A DNA stretch of 64,000 bases from positions 160,001 through 224,000 of the forward strand of contig JBOEGF010000001.1 in assembly GCA_050633305.1 (NCBI GenBank). Reading direction: 5' to 3'. A program made the position numbers and the translations under genes. The first letter of the stretch is position 1, and each line of letters begins with the position of its first letter. Below, in pieces: positions 17,284 through 27,204 of this stretch. The notes beneath the pieces are model-generated. The model did no database searches and had not been told where the DNA came from. It was given only the letters and a program-made list of their open reading frames with translations. The DNA comes from Nannocystales bacterium (GTDB taxonomy: Bacteria > Myxococcota_A > Polyangia > Nannocystales > Nannocystaceae).

Positions 17284-19788
17284 TTGTTCGTACGCTGTTC
17301 AAACTGCCAGACCCAGTTCTCGCTCGACGATCGGCAGGTCGGCTCCGATGGCGTTGCGGTCCGCTGTGCGGTGTGCCGCTACGTGTTTCGGGTGGAACCG
17401 CCGGACGGTAGCTCCGCCCAAGCGTGGCGCGTGGAGACCGTCGACGGCGACCTCTTCGAAGCTGAAGACATTCCGACGATGAGAGTGTGGATCCGCGAAG
17501 GGCGGCTTCACCCGGACGACACCATCTCTCGGACCGGCAAGCACTGGATTCGACTGGGGGACATGCCGGAGTTCTCGGACGCGTTCGCCGGGTTCCCGGA
17601 CCTTCCCGTTGTCCTCGGAGCCCCCGAGGCCGCGCCGATCGAGAGCGAAGAGCTTTCCTCGGTCGGTCCGCCACCGTCCTACGCGGGCGACGACATCCCC
17701 ACCGCGGGCTCCGACGTGGTCCAGCCCATGGAGCGGGACCACTCCGAGCGCCTCGACATGTCGGGGTTGTTCCAGAGCGCCGACTTCGATCGAGACTCGG
17801 CTGATGAACCCGACGACACGACCGTCCGTGGGCGCGTCAACGGTCCCAGCGAAGACACGGTCTCCGTTTCGCCCGGAGTCGTGTCTCGAACCTCGCTCTA
17901 CGAGGATTCGGCGTCGATGGTCCTCGATGACCTCGTTGTCCCCGAGCCCGAACCCGAACCCGAGTTCAGAACCGAGCCGGTGTTCGAGCCGGTCCCGGTC
18001 CCCGGCGCATCGCGGCGGAAGCCCAAGCACCAGACGACGAAAGTCCGGATCGTCGCGGGACTCGACAGTGCGGATCCCGAGGCCAGCGGGGTTCTGCGAA
18101 TCCTCGACGAGAGCGAGGAACCAGAGGTCGACGCGGTCCAACCAGCCGTGGATTCGAGCGCCGAGCCCAGCGGCGAGACCAGTGGCGAGACCAGACGCCC
18201 CAAGATCTCGGGCTCGATGCTGGGGGCGGTGACGGCCCATGTGAAGAGCGAGCCGGTCAAGGCGATTACCGGTCCGCTGTCGTCGGTCGAAGGCGAACCA
18301 GAGCCGGATGTCCCGGTCGTGACGCCGCCCGCCCCGTCGGCGCCGGTGTCGTCCGAGCTAGCTCTCGACAGCGTCGTTGTCCCCGAGCCGCAGCCCCCAC
18401 GTCGTTCGTCGTGGCCGCTGTTTGCCGGGCTTGGGCTGTTGTGTGGCGCCGCGGTGGTGTTCGGGATCCCTCAGGTGCGCGAGCGCGTGCTCGGTACAAG
18501 CGGTGCTGCGAGTGCGCCGGACTCCGATCCTCAGCCCGTCGCGCTCGCCCAGGTCGACGCTGCCGTGAGTGACGGGACTCTGCGCGAACTCGACATCGCC
18601 ATCGCGTCCGCGCAGCAGGCGGGGACTGAAGAGGGGTTGTCTGCGTCCGCGCGGGCGGATGTCGCGCTTGCGGGCGCCGAGGCTCGAGCCGCGCAGGCGG
18701 TGGCGCTTCGGTTGCAGGCGGTTCATGGAGCCGACGGCAGTGATGCCGCCTCCCGAGCCGACGACGCTGCGGATGCAGCGGCCCAGGCCTTCGCCGATGT
18801 CGACGTCGACCAAGCAGACCCGACGCGGCTCGCCCGGACTCGTGCTCGGGTTCGACTGGCTCAAGGACGACCCACCGACGAAGTGCTCCCACACGTGCCC
18901 GGCGATGCGGTCGAGCTGCGGGCCATGGTCATGGGCGCGCAGTTGTGGGCGGATGCGAATGCGCGTGTTCCATCGGGGCTGATCAGTGCTCTCAGTGGGC
19001 TGGAGAACCCCTCGGTTCCGGCGCAGGTCCTGCTCGCGACCGCCTACGCACGCGGAGGCGACAACGTGGGCGCAGCACAGGTCCGCACTGCCCTTGAGAC
19101 CCGGGCCGCCGATGATCCCACCGTGCAGGCGCTGCTCGTCGCACACGGTGGCCCGGCGGTTGTCGCCAAGACCCCCACGGAGTCCGACTCTGGCGTTGCC
19201 GAGACTCCGGCTGAGACCGGCGCACCCGCGGATGGTGACTCGGGCGAGGCTCCGTCCGAGTCCGGCGAGCCCGACGAAACGATCATCATCAAGGATGGGC
19301 CCAAGGGGGTCTCCGTCGACAAGTTGATCGAGCGGGGATGCGAGAAGGTCGAAGGCGGGGACGTGAACGGCGGGCTCAAGCTGCTGCTGCGCGCGTTTGA
19401 CCGTCGGCCCAACGACATCGACGTCCTGGTCTGTCTGGGCACAGCAAACCGCAAGAAGGGCATCTCGACGACCGCGCTGCGGTACTTCGAAAAAGCCCTG
19501 GCTCGCTCGCCTAGGTTCATGCCGGCGTTGCTTGGCGCGGCCCGAGCAGCGACGAAGCTCGGCGAGAAGGACAAGGCGCTGAGGTTCTACAAGCGAGTGC
19601 TCGGCGTCTCTCCGAGCCACGCCGAAGCCAAGAGTTTCGTGGCAAAACAGAACGCGGCGGGGAAGAAACCATCTCCCCCCTCCGACTCCAAGAAGCCCGA
19701 GCCCTCGGGCGGGGGCGACACGCCCAAGAAGAAACCCGAGCCCCCGTCGGGTGATCGCAAACCCGAACCCCCGTCGCCCGCACCATGA
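17284..19788 (+). CDS. zinc-ribbon (MJ0042-type) / GYF-like / TM / TPR protein
   Basis: N-terminal CSNC...VRCAVC..VF, GYF_2-like WIREGRL...W..LGDMPEF, acidic linker, one TM helix, C-terminal TPRs and a Pro/Lys tail. Confidence 0.75.
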   Translation: MFVRCSNCQTQFSLDDRQVGSDGVAVRCAVCRYVFRVEPPDGSSAQAWRVETVDGDLFEAEDIPTMRVWIREGRLHPDDTISRTGKHWIRLGDMPEFSDAFAGFPDLPVVLGAPEAAPIESEELSSVGPPPSYAGDDIPTAGSDVVQPMERDHSERLDMSGLFQSADFDRDSADEPDDTTVRGRVNGPSEDTVSVSPGVVSRTSLYEDSASMVLDDLVVPEPEPEPEFRTEPVFEPVPVPGASRRKPKHQTTKVRIVAGLDSADPEASGVLRILDESEEPEVDAVQPAVDSSAEPSGETSGETRRPKISGSMLGAVTAHVKSEPVKAITGPLSSVEGEPEPDVPVVTPPAPSAPVSSELALDSVVVPEPQPPRRSSWPLFAGLGLLCGAAVVFGIPQVRERVLGTSGAASAPDSDPQPVALAQVDAAVSDGTLRELDIAIASAQQAGTEEGLSASARADVALAGAEARAAQAVALRLQAVHGADGSDAASRADDAADAAAQAFADVDVDQADPTRLARTRARVRLAQGRPTDEVLPHVPGDAVELRAMVMGAQLWADANARVPSGLISALSGLENPSVPAQVLLATAYARGGDNVGAAQVRTALETRAADDPTVQALLVAHGGPAVVAKTPTESDSGVAETPAETGAPADGDSGEAPSESGEPDETIIIKDGPKGVSVDKLIERGCEKVEGGDVNGGLKLLLRAFDRRPNDIDVLVCLGTANRKKGISTTALRYFEKALARSPRFMPALLGAARAATKLGEKDKALRFYKRVLGVSPSHAEAKSFVAKQNAAGKKPSPPSDSKKPEPSGGGDTPKKKPEPPSGDRKPEPPSPAP

Positions 19789-20069
19789 GCAACGCATCCG
19801 ACGTCACCCGCGAAGAGATCGTGGCGCTTCGCGCCCAGCGCCAAGCCGACGGAGACTCGTTGATGGGCGAGGAGCGGGAGCGACAGCGGACCCTTCACTG
19901 GATGCGCTGCTGCAAGTGCGGCTCGGAGATGGACGAAATCGTCTTTCGCGGCGTACGGGTCGACAAGTGTCTGCGGTGTGGTGGGATCTATCTCGACGAC
20001 GGCGAGCTGGAGCAGCTTGTCGGCAAGCCGGGTTGGATCGAAGCGTTGCGCTCGTTCTTCGGGAGCTAG
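19785..20069 (+). CDS. zf-TFIIB-type zinc-ribbon protein
   Basis: HWMRCCKCG..M...VDKCLRCGGIYLDDGELE. ATGA overlap with the upstream gene. Confidence 0.75.
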   Translation: MSNASDVTREEIVALRAQRQADGDSLMGEERERQRTLHWMRCCKCGSEMDEIVFRGVRVDKCLRCGGIYLDDGELEQLVGKPGWIEALRSFFGS

Positions 20070-20233
20070 AGCGGCGGTCCGTTTGAAGTCGGCCTGCAAC
20101 GCACGCCACAGAGCACGTCTGGCTGCGTGACTCGGCGCTCGACCCAAGTCCGCCTTCGGCCTCCCGCCTTGCCAAAAGCGCCCAGCGACTCACTCTGCAG
20201 GCCGTTCTGAACGATCGCCGCTCGAGCGCCCGA

Positions 20234-21889
20234 CTACGCGTCGACGTCTGCGGCGGAGGTCTTCAGCAGGGCCGCGAGGCGGGGGGCATCGAGGTCGGCC
20301 AGGTCGGCTCCGAGGTCGACTTCGACGCCCGCGTCCCAGTAGCGGGCCTTTGCGCCCGTGAAGGGTTGCAGCGCGTCGAGTTGCGCGTCGTCGACCTCTT
20401 CGAGACGACGAATGTCGCCGACCGCCCGGTGGGTCAGCGCCAGCTCATGCGCAGGACGAGGCCCGCCGCCTCCCGAGCTTGGCGTCAGCTCCAGCACTGG
20501 GCGACCGCGGCCGATGATGCCGACCTGGAACGAAACCTGCCAGCCGCCCCCGCGTCGGGGTCGCGCGCGGAGCTTGAGTGCCGCGTCGCCCAGGTCACCG
20601 CGCACCGACACAGCGGTGCCCTCAATCGTCACTGGGGCCGGGAGATCGAGGAGATCGGCGGTGTCTCGAAGGATGTCCTCGATGGGCACGTCCGATGTCG
20701 ATGCCTCGAGGCCCTCGCTCGAGGAGGACCGAAGCAGCGTGTGCACCACGAGCAGCAGCGCGGCGCAGGCCATGAGGGCGAGTTGTGGGTTCGAGACGCC
20801 GATCCCGGTGACTGCGTAGAGCCCCAATGCGAGCCCGCGCAATCGTTCATCCCACGAGAGCAGGCCGCCGTAGACGACCGACAACATGAAGAACACCGCA
20901 ACGCAGACCATCACGACCCGCCACGAGGCGACGAAGGTCGGGTAGGGCAGGGAGAAGCCGAACAGGGATTGGGCGATGCCGCCGACGCCGTCTTCGAGCT
21001 TCCCGAACCCGAGCGGATGCACGTAGACCATGTACAGCAGAGCGGTGACGAACGCGGAGAGCGCGATGACGACGAACCGAACCGGCCGTGGCATCTGCGG
21101 CCGGAACGCCCAGAAGGCGACCGCGGATGCGACGACCACTGCGCCCATCACCGCAGTCCGGGCCGCATCCGGGATCGGCGAGCCCGTGAGGCTGGCAGGG
21201 AGGCCGACCGCGACGCGTAGCAACAAAGGCACCATCACCGCGATCGCGAGGATGCGAGCCATCCGCTGGCGGTCATCGTGTTGGGCCCAGGTGCCGACCA
21301 GCGCGATGGCCGGTGCCGTGAGAGCGAGCGCCATCGCGATCTGCAAAGCGAGAGCCGGGATGCGAATCCCGACGCCTGGCTGCTCGAGGACGTGAATCGA
21401 GAAGAGTCCGATTCCGCCGAGGAGCGCGGGGATGCCGACCACCCACCGACGAGCGCCGAGGTCTTCGTCCCGAGACCAACCCCAGCCCAGCGACACGCAC
21501 GCCGCTGCACACAGGAACGTGATGAAGTGATGCAGGATGAACTCGCCGTGGTAGGCGAGGCCCAAGCGTGTTGTCTTGGTGATCAGCGCGATGAGGAGCG
21601 AGAGCTCCAGGGTGAGGAACGCGATCGATGCGACGAGCGGGCGCTTGCGGAGGCCCCACAACACGCCGGTCGCGACGGTCGTTCCGAGCGCGCCGATCAG
21701 GTACAGCCGGGAGCCCTCGTCCGCCGCGCGCTGAATGGCTTCGAGCGGCGCGAGGCCCAGGAGCAGCGTCGCCAAGACCTGGAACGCCGCGGCGACCAGG
21801 GCGAAGCCGACGAAGGTCGCAGCGGGAGCGAGTCGCGGGTGCGGCACAGGCTCCTGACGATCTAGCATCGCGAACGGCTGTGCGCGCAT
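20234..21889 (-). CDS. hypothetical polytopic membrane protein
   Basis: Many hydrophobic helices followed by a soluble C-terminal domain. Start uncertain. Confidence 0.6.
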   Translation of the reverse strand: MRAQPFAMLDRQEPVPHPRLAPAATFVGFALVAAAFQVLATLLLGLAPLEAIQRAADEGSRLYLIGALGTTVATGVLWGLRKRPLVASIAFLTLELSLLIALITKTTRLGLAYHGEFILHHFITFLCAAACVSLGWGWSRDEDLGARRWVVGIPALLGGIGLFSIHVLEQPGVGIRIPALALQIAMALALTAPAIALVGTWAQHDDRQRMARILAIAVMVPLLLRVAVGLPASLTGSPIPDAARTAVMGAVVVASAVAFWAFRPQMPRPVRFVVIALSAFVTALLYMVYVHPLGFGKLEDGVGGIAQSLFGFSLPYPTFVASWRVVMVCVAVFFMLSVVYGGLLSWDERLRGLALGLYAVTGIGVSNPQLALMACAALLLVVHTLLRSSSSEGLEASTSDVPIEDILRDTADLLDLPAPVTIEGTAVSVRGDLGDAALKLRARPRRGGGWQVSFQVGIIGRGRPVLELTPSSGGGGPRPAHELALTHRAVGDIRRLEEVDDAQLDALQPFTGAKARYWDAGVEVDLGADLADLDAPRLAALLKTSAADVDA

Positions 21890-21950
21890 CGCCAGACCCT
21901 GTTTGCGGATAATTTCCTCGGTTCCGGGTCGGTGTCCTACATGTATGGGT

Positions 21951-22733
21951 ATGTGGAACCGGCGCGGTTTTTTGGGCGGACTGGCGGCGGCGACGGTCTC
22001 GGGGACGGCGTGGGCCGGTCCTCGTCCGGTTGTGCGGCGTGACTTCGTCCTGTGTCTCGATGCGGGCCACGGTGGCGACAACGACGGATGTCGGTCTCGC
22101 GACGGGGTGTTGGAGAAGGATGTCACCCTTCAAACCGTGCTCGCGCTTCGGGCAGCGGTGCTCGACCGACTGCCGCATGTTCAGGTGGTCCTGACCCGCG
22201 AGACGGATCGCTCCTGCACGCTGGCGGATCGCGTCGCGTTTGCGAACAGCGCGAAAGCGGACGCGTTCCTGAGCGTCCACACCAACGCTTCAGAGTCCCG
22301 CGCACAGCACGGGTTCGAGACGTACGTCCTCGATGCCCGGGCCAGCTCGCTCGAAGCTGCTCGTACGGCCCGTCGTGAGAACGACGAGGGGCTCGCGGAG
22401 CCGGGCACAGCGAAGTCGGGCGCCGAGGTCGACACGATGCTTCGCCAGCTCGAGATGGCCCAGCAGCGGGTCTCGGCTGGGCGCTTGGCCAAGGCGATTC
22501 AGGGGCATCAACAGCACGCGTTCCCAGATCGGCTCGATCGCGGGGTTCGTCAGGCTCCGTTTGACGTCTTGATGGGAGCCCGCATGCCTGCGGTGCTCTT
22601 CGAGTCGGGTTTCCTCGATCACGCGGAGGAAGGCGCCCTGCTGATGAGCGACGCGGGCATGACCCGTGTGGTCTCCAGCTTGACTGACGCGGTCGTCGAC
22701 TTCTACCGTCTACAAGCCCGCACGGGCTCGTAG
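21951..22733 (+). CDS. N-acetylmuramoyl-L-alanine amidase (Amidase_3) with Tat signal
   Basis: LDAGHGG, EKDVTL, FLSVHTNA, VLFESGFL; twin-arginine signal NRRGFLGG. Confidence 0.9.
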   Translation: MWNRRGFLGGLAAATVSGTAWAGPRPVVRRDFVLCLDAGHGGDNDGCRSRDGVLEKDVTLQTVLALRAAVLDRLPHVQVVLTRETDRSCTLADRVAFANSAKADAFLSVHTNASESRAQHGFETYVLDARASSLEAARTARRENDEGLAEPGTAKSGAEVDTMLRQLEMAQQRVSAGRLAKAIQGHQQHAFPDRLDRGVRQAPFDVLMGARMPAVLFESGFLDHAEEGALLMSDAGMTRVVSSLTDAVVDFYRLQARTGS

Positions 22734-22752
22734 AGCGCCGCGGGGCGTGCGG

Positions 22753-23523
22753 TCAGCTGCCGTCGCCTTCGCCTTCACCGACGGTCGCGTCCAGCACCGT
22801 GAGTGTGTGGTCGTCGAGGAGGACCTGACCGTCCGAGGTGGCCAGCTCTGCGTGTACGATCGCTTCGCGACCGGCGAGCTCGGCGGGGGCGTACGTCTTG
22901 GGGATGACCAGCCACACCGAGATGAACTCGTAGTCCACCCCCTCCTCGTCGGAGAGCGAGAACGGTACGGGGTAGTCGAGGTACGCGGCGAAGTGCCCCG
23001 AGGGGTGGTCCGACGGAATGCCTTCGATGTCGGTCCAGACCGACAACACCGGGGTGTCGGGATGATCGAAGTCAAACGGATCCGCAGGAACAGGGAAGCC
23101 GCTTCCTCTCAATGGGAGCGAGAACATCATGAATCCCTGGGGCCCGAGCGTGAGCGGAAGCTCGTCCTCGAACGGGAAGAACTCGTCCAGCCCGTGGCCG
23201 ATCTCAATCCAGCCGTTCTCGGTCGTCCCCGTGTCGGACCCGCTCTCGGAAGCCGTCGGATCTGTCGTCGTGGGGCTGTCGGTCGGGTCGGTCGTCGGGT
23301 TGGTGGGACCGCTGTCGCTCGCGGTCGTCGTTGAGGACGCTGAACTCGTTGCTGTGGTCGCGGTGTCGGCCGACGTCGTGGCCGGTCCACCGGTCGACCC
23401 GTCCTCGCCGGTCGCATCCGCGCCACCCGAACCCTCCGTAGCAGGCGTGCTGTCGCACCCCGCGGCGATCGCGAGTCCCACCGCGATCGCAACACGTCCC
23501 AAGCCCCGAAACCTCCAAACCAT
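22753..23523 (-). CDS. hypothetical lipoprotein with S/T/D-rich linker
   Basis: Lipobox IAAGC, long Thr/Ser linker, globular C-terminal domain. Confidence 0.7.
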   Translation of the reverse strand: MVWRFRGLGRVAIAVGLAIAAGCDSTPATEGSGGADATGEDGSTGGPATTSADTATTATSSASSTTTASDSGPTNPTTDPTDSPTTTDPTASESGSDTGTTENGWIEIGHGLDEFFPFEDELPLTLGPQGFMMFSLPLRGSGFPVPADPFDFDHPDTPVLSVWTDIEGIPSDHPSGHFAAYLDYPVPFSLSDEEGVDYEFISVWLVIPKTYAPAELAGREAIVHAELATSDGQVLLDDHTLTVLDATVGEGEGDGS

Positions 23524-23583
23524 GCAGGGAGCATGCGGGCCGGTGGGCTCCGACGCAAATCGCAGCTGCTAGACTTGCGCAGG

Positions 23584-24972
23584 ATGCGACGGATCATCGC
23601 AGCCGCGGGCGCCGTCTGCCTTGGCGGCCTTGGATGTGCTCGGTTGAACCCGGAGTTCGCATCCGGGCAGAGCGCCGCCGAGAGTGCGCAGACCTCCAGC
23701 GGGTCGAGCCGCGGCGGGTCCGAGACCGACGCCAACGACCTATCGAGTGCGGCTTCGGCGAGCGCGTCTGACTCCACGGGCGATGAGACCGGTACGGGTC
23801 CGGGTCCCCACGTCTGTGGGAACGGTGACCGCGAGCCCGGAGAGGAGTGCGACGACGGCAACCTCGACTGGGGTGATGGGTGCGACGAGTACTGCGAGCG
23901 CGAGCCCTACTTCGAGTGGGTCCATGAGTTGGACTTCGAGGATGGCATCGCGCAGCGGTTCAACGACGTCGCCCTGGTCGGTGACGTGGTCGTCGCTGCC
24001 GGTCGAGGGGAAGACGTGGCGTCCCCGGAACACCTGGTGCGGCTCGTCTCGCTGGCGACCGAAGATGGCAGCGTACTGGATGAGCTGACGATCGGTGCGG
24101 GCGCTGGTATCGGGGGCGAGGCTCGGGGCGTCGCGGCGCGAGGGGCCGAGGTCTATTTTGCGGGGCGAAGCAACGAGCCGGGGGTCAGCGCGGTCGTGGG
24201 GATGACCGAGCTGGACGGGACCGGGGCGTTCGGAGCCCCGATGGACTTCCAGACCATGGGCACCCGCTCCAAGGGCATCGCGTTTCAGGGCTCGGGGGTG
24301 CTGGTCACCAACGGCCAGTACAACGCCGACGGGTTCGGTCTCGCGAGCTGCAGCGTTGCCCGAGGGTGCACAGGGTGGGTGAGCGACGAGCAGGGCAGCC
24401 AGCTCGATGCGGTGGCGACCTCCGGCGAGGAGATCTTCGTCGCCGGGTTGCGCGGGGGGTCGCCGCACATCTTCGAGGTCGTGGACCCGACGCACGAGGA
24501 CGGCTTGCTCCCGGTCTTCGACGACCTCCGGCCAGGCCGATTTCAGGCGCTCGCCATCCGCGGAGACACCCTCTACGCCGCGGGAAGCGTGGTCACCGAT
24601 GGCGACGAGGACGCGTGGGTCGTCGCGTATTCCCTGTCCAAGGCCGACCTCGTGTGGGAGGAACGGGTCGACGGTGGCTCGATGCTCGACGACGAGTTCG
24701 AAGACTTGGCGCTCACCGACGACGGCAGCCTTGTCGTCGTCGGAATGCTCGGTACGCCGCCGGTTCCCGTTGTGTTCGAGTACGGCCCACAAGGTGCGCC
24801 GAGATGGGGCTTGTCCTCGGCACCGGGACCCGGCGTCGACTCGGGCCACGCTCGGGGCGTTGCGGTGGACGGCGAGGCGATCTACGTGGCCGGGGAGTGG
24901 CGGGAGACGTACTCTCCGGGCGACGGCGCCGAGGGCACAAGCGTGGGCTTCGTCGCGAAGATCTTCCGCTAG
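23584..24972 (+). CDS. lipoprotein with myxobacterial Cys-rich repeat and beta-propeller-like domain
   Basis: Lipobox GLGC; CGNGDREPGEECDDGNLDWGDGCDEYC; repeated IYVAG/LYAAG blades. Confidence 0.75.
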   Translation: MRRIIAAAGAVCLGGLGCARLNPEFASGQSAAESAQTSSGSSRGGSETDANDLSSAASASASDSTGDETGTGPGPHVCGNGDREPGEECDDGNLDWGDGCDEYCEREPYFEWVHELDFEDGIAQRFNDVALVGDVVVAAGRGEDVASPEHLVRLVSLATEDGSVLDELTIGAGAGIGGEARGVAARGAEVYFAGRSNEPGVSAVVGMTELDGTGAFGAPMDFQTMGTRSKGIAFQGSGVLVTNGQYNADGFGLASCSVARGCTGWVSDEQGSQLDAVATSGEEIFVAGLRGGSPHIFEVVDPTHEDGLLPVFDDLRPGRFQALAIRGDTLYAAGSVVTDGDEDAWVVAYSLSKADLVWEERVDGGSMLDDEFEDLALTDDGSLVVVGMLGTPPVPVVFEYGPQGAPRWGLSSAPGPGVDSGHARGVAVDGEAIYVAGEWRETYSPGDGAEGTSVGFVAKIFR

Positions 24973-25029
24973 CCTGCTTCCACCGCCTCGGAGGTCCCGA
25001 TGGCCGCTGGGAGACATCCAAGGGTGCAG

Positions 25030-25067
25030 AAAAGCAAAGCCCCACGATGGCGAACCATCGTGGGGCT
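25030..25067 (-). terminator. Rho-independent terminator downstream of tRNA-His
   Basis: Perfect 13-bp stem AGCCCCACGATGG/CCATCGTGGGGCT with a 4-nt loop, followed by TTGCTTTT on the minus strand. Confidence 0.8.
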
Positions 25068-25070
25068 GAG

Positions 25071-25145
25071 GGCGGGCGACGGGTCTTGAACCCGCGACCT
25101 CTGGTACCACAAACCAGCGCTCTAACCAGCTGAGCTACGCCCGCC
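25071..25145 (-). tRNA. tRNA-His (GTG)
   Basis: Minus strand GGCGGGCGTAGCTCAGCTGGTTAGAGCGCTGGTTTGTGGTACCAGAGGTCGCGGGTTCAAGACCCGTCGCCCGCC folds as a cloverleaf with anticodon GTG and a G-1:C73 pair. CCA is not encoded. Confidence 0.95.
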
Positions 25146-25274
25146 GCGAGGGAGCGGCTATGTAGCACGAGGGGGCGGGGAAAGCCAAACGGATTTTGCG
25201 CTCCCCCCTCGCGCAGGACCCGCAGCCCGGCGGGAGGCGTGGAGGTTTGGGCGCGGTCGTGGCAGCGTCGGGCC

Positions 25275-25637
25275 GTGCCCTCGCAGCCATCCAAGTCGCT
25301 GGAGACGTTCCCCAATCCGAAACCGGAGCGGGACTTCGAGATTCGGTTCAACTGCCCGGAGTTCACGTGCGTGTGTCCCAAGACCGGGCAGCCCGACTTC
25401 GCCACGATCCGCATCAACTACGTGCCGGACCAGACCTGTGTCGAGCTCAAGAGCTTGAAGCTGTACCTGTGGTCCTACCGAGATGAAGGCGCGTTCCATG
25501 AGGCCGTCACCAACCAGATCCTCGATGACCTCGTCGCGGCGACTCAGCCGCGCAAGATGACCGTGGAGGGGGACTTCTGGGTCCGCGGTGGGATCGGAAC
25601 CGTGATCGTGGCGAGCTACACCCAGGACGACGCATGA
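25275..25637 (+). CDS. queF: NADPH-dependent 7-cyano-7-deazaguanine (preQ0) reductase
   Basis: [36 protein letters not shown]. Confidence 0.95.
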   Translation: MPSQPSKSLETFPNPKPERDFEIRFNCPEFTCVCPKTGQPDFATIRINYVPDQTCVELKSLKLYLWSYRDEGAFHEAVTNQILDDLVAATQPRKMTVEGDFWVRGGIGTVIVASYTQDDA

Positions 25638-27145
25638 GTGAGGCGCCGCTGCAAGGTTCGGCGAGCGTGGCTGGGACTCGGCGCGGAGCCGACAGCTTCG
25701 GGGCAGGCGCTCGTGTGCTGGGTCGAACTGGGTTGACCGTCTCGCCGGTGAGCTTTGGGGCGGCTCGCGTTCGGGACGACGCACCGCTCCATCGGCGGGC
25801 GCTGGCGGATGCGCTCCGCGGGGGCGTCAACCTGATCGATACGAGCGCCCACGCGACCGGCGGGAGCAGCGAGCGCTTGGTCGGCCGCATGCTCGCGAAT
25901 CTCGTGCAGCACGGCGAGCTCCGACGCGAACAGGTCGTGGTGATCACCCGGGTCGGTCAAGCTCGCGGGGCCGATCTCGCGACCTTGTGCGCCGCTGCCC
26001 CCGATGACGAACTCGTCGAGCTCGGCGAAGACCGGGGGCATTGCATTCATCCCGACTTCCTCCGTGCGCAGCTCGACCAGTCGCTCGAGCGCCTGGGTCT
26101 GCAGCGACTCGATGTCGTGCTGCTGCACGATCCGGAGTTGTTTACGGTCGATGCGACGTTCACCGTTGAGGCGCTGGAGGACCGGTTGCGCCGTGCATTC
26201 GAAGCCCTGGAAGGATGGGTGGAGGAGGGGCGAATCGGCGCGTACGGGGTGAGCAGCAACGGCTTTGCGGAGCCGGTTGACTCCCCTCGATCGACCTCCG
26301 TGGCACGCATGGTGGAGCTCGCGGCCGAGGTCGCGGGAGACGGCCACCACTTCAGCGTGGCTCGAATGCCGCTCAACCTCTTCGAGTTGGGTGCACTCCA
26401 GCCTCGTGCGGGCGCGCCATCCAACCTCGATGCCGCAGCGGCCGCGGACATCGGCGTGCTCACACACCGCTCCCTCGAAGCGCTCGTCGAGCGCGGCGAG
26501 GAAACGTCGTTGGTCCGGCTGGCGGACGTGCCCGAGGCGGGTGGGGACCTCGACGTTGCAGCGGGTGTGCTCGCAAGGGTTCGCAAGCTCGAAGCGGAGT
26601 GGGCGATGGGGTTGGGCCAGCAGCTGATGGTCGGGCCCGGAGAGAACGCGGTCGACTTGTTCCGCTGGGGGCAAGAGCTGGCGCCTCGGTTGTCGTCGAT
26701 GGGCCTGGAACAGTGGACGCGGCTTCGGCACGACGTCATCGCGACGCACCTGGGACGCACGAGTGCCGCGCTTCTTGCAGCACTCGAGGGAGAGACTCGC
26801 AGCGCGTTCTCTGCGTGGTGGGAACGATACGGGACGACCCTGCACGAGGCATTCGAGGCGATCGAGGCGGCGCTCCGTTCGGCCCGTCGCGATCTCGCCC
26901 GCCGCGTCTGTACCGCTTTGGACCCCCAGCTCCCGGCTCCGTGGCGCGCCCTCCCGTTGTCGAACAAGGCGATCCTCAGCGCGTTGTCTGCCCCGGTCTC
27001 GACCGTCGCGGTGGGCATGCGTCAGCCCGGCTATGTGCACGACGTCTTGAGCTTGCGGGAACATCCGGTCCGCCTGTTGGGGGCGTCGGCGGGCCCGCTC
27101 GACTTCGTCGCCGTGCGGGAAGCCATGGATACGGTGACCGCATGA
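25634..27145 (+). CDS. aldo/keto reductase family protein with C-terminal extension
   Basis: [28 protein letters not shown]...[20 protein letters not shown]. Confidence 0.8.
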   Translation: MSEAPLQGSASVAGTRRGADSFGAGARVLGRTGLTVSPVSFGAARVRDDAPLHRRALADALRGGVNLIDTSAHATGGSSERLVGRMLANLVQHGELRREQVVVITRVGQARGADLATLCAAAPDDELVELGEDRGHCIHPDFLRAQLDQSLERLGLQRLDVVLLHDPELFTVDATFTVEALEDRLRRAFEALEGWVEEGRIGAYGVSSNGFAEPVDSPRSTSVARMVELAAEVAGDGHHFSVARMPLNLFELGALQPRAGAPSNLDAAAAADIGVLTHRSLEALVERGEETSLVRLADVPEAGGDLDVAAGVLARVRKLEAEWAMGLGQQLMVGPGENAVDLFRWGQELAPRLSSMGLEQWTRLRHDVIATHLGRTSAALLAALEGETRSAFSAWWERYGTTLHEAFEAIEAALRSARRDLARRVCTALDPQLPAPWRALPLSNKAILSALSAPVSTVAVGMRQPGYVHDVLSLREHPVRLLGASAGPLDFVAVREAMDTVTA

Positions 27146-27204
27146 GCGTTCGGATCCATTGACCCTCGGCGCGGACGCGGGCTACGGTCGCCCCGAGAGA
27201 TCCG

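Noticed and set aside
25030..25145. tRNA-His as an integration site for an island
   Set aside because: No integrase, no duplicated tRNA 3' end noticed and no obvious compositional shift nearby.
25146..25274. preQ1 riboswitch upstream of queF
   Set aside because: No preQ1-I-like stem with an A-rich 3' tail is visible. A covariance-model search would be needed to exclude other classes.
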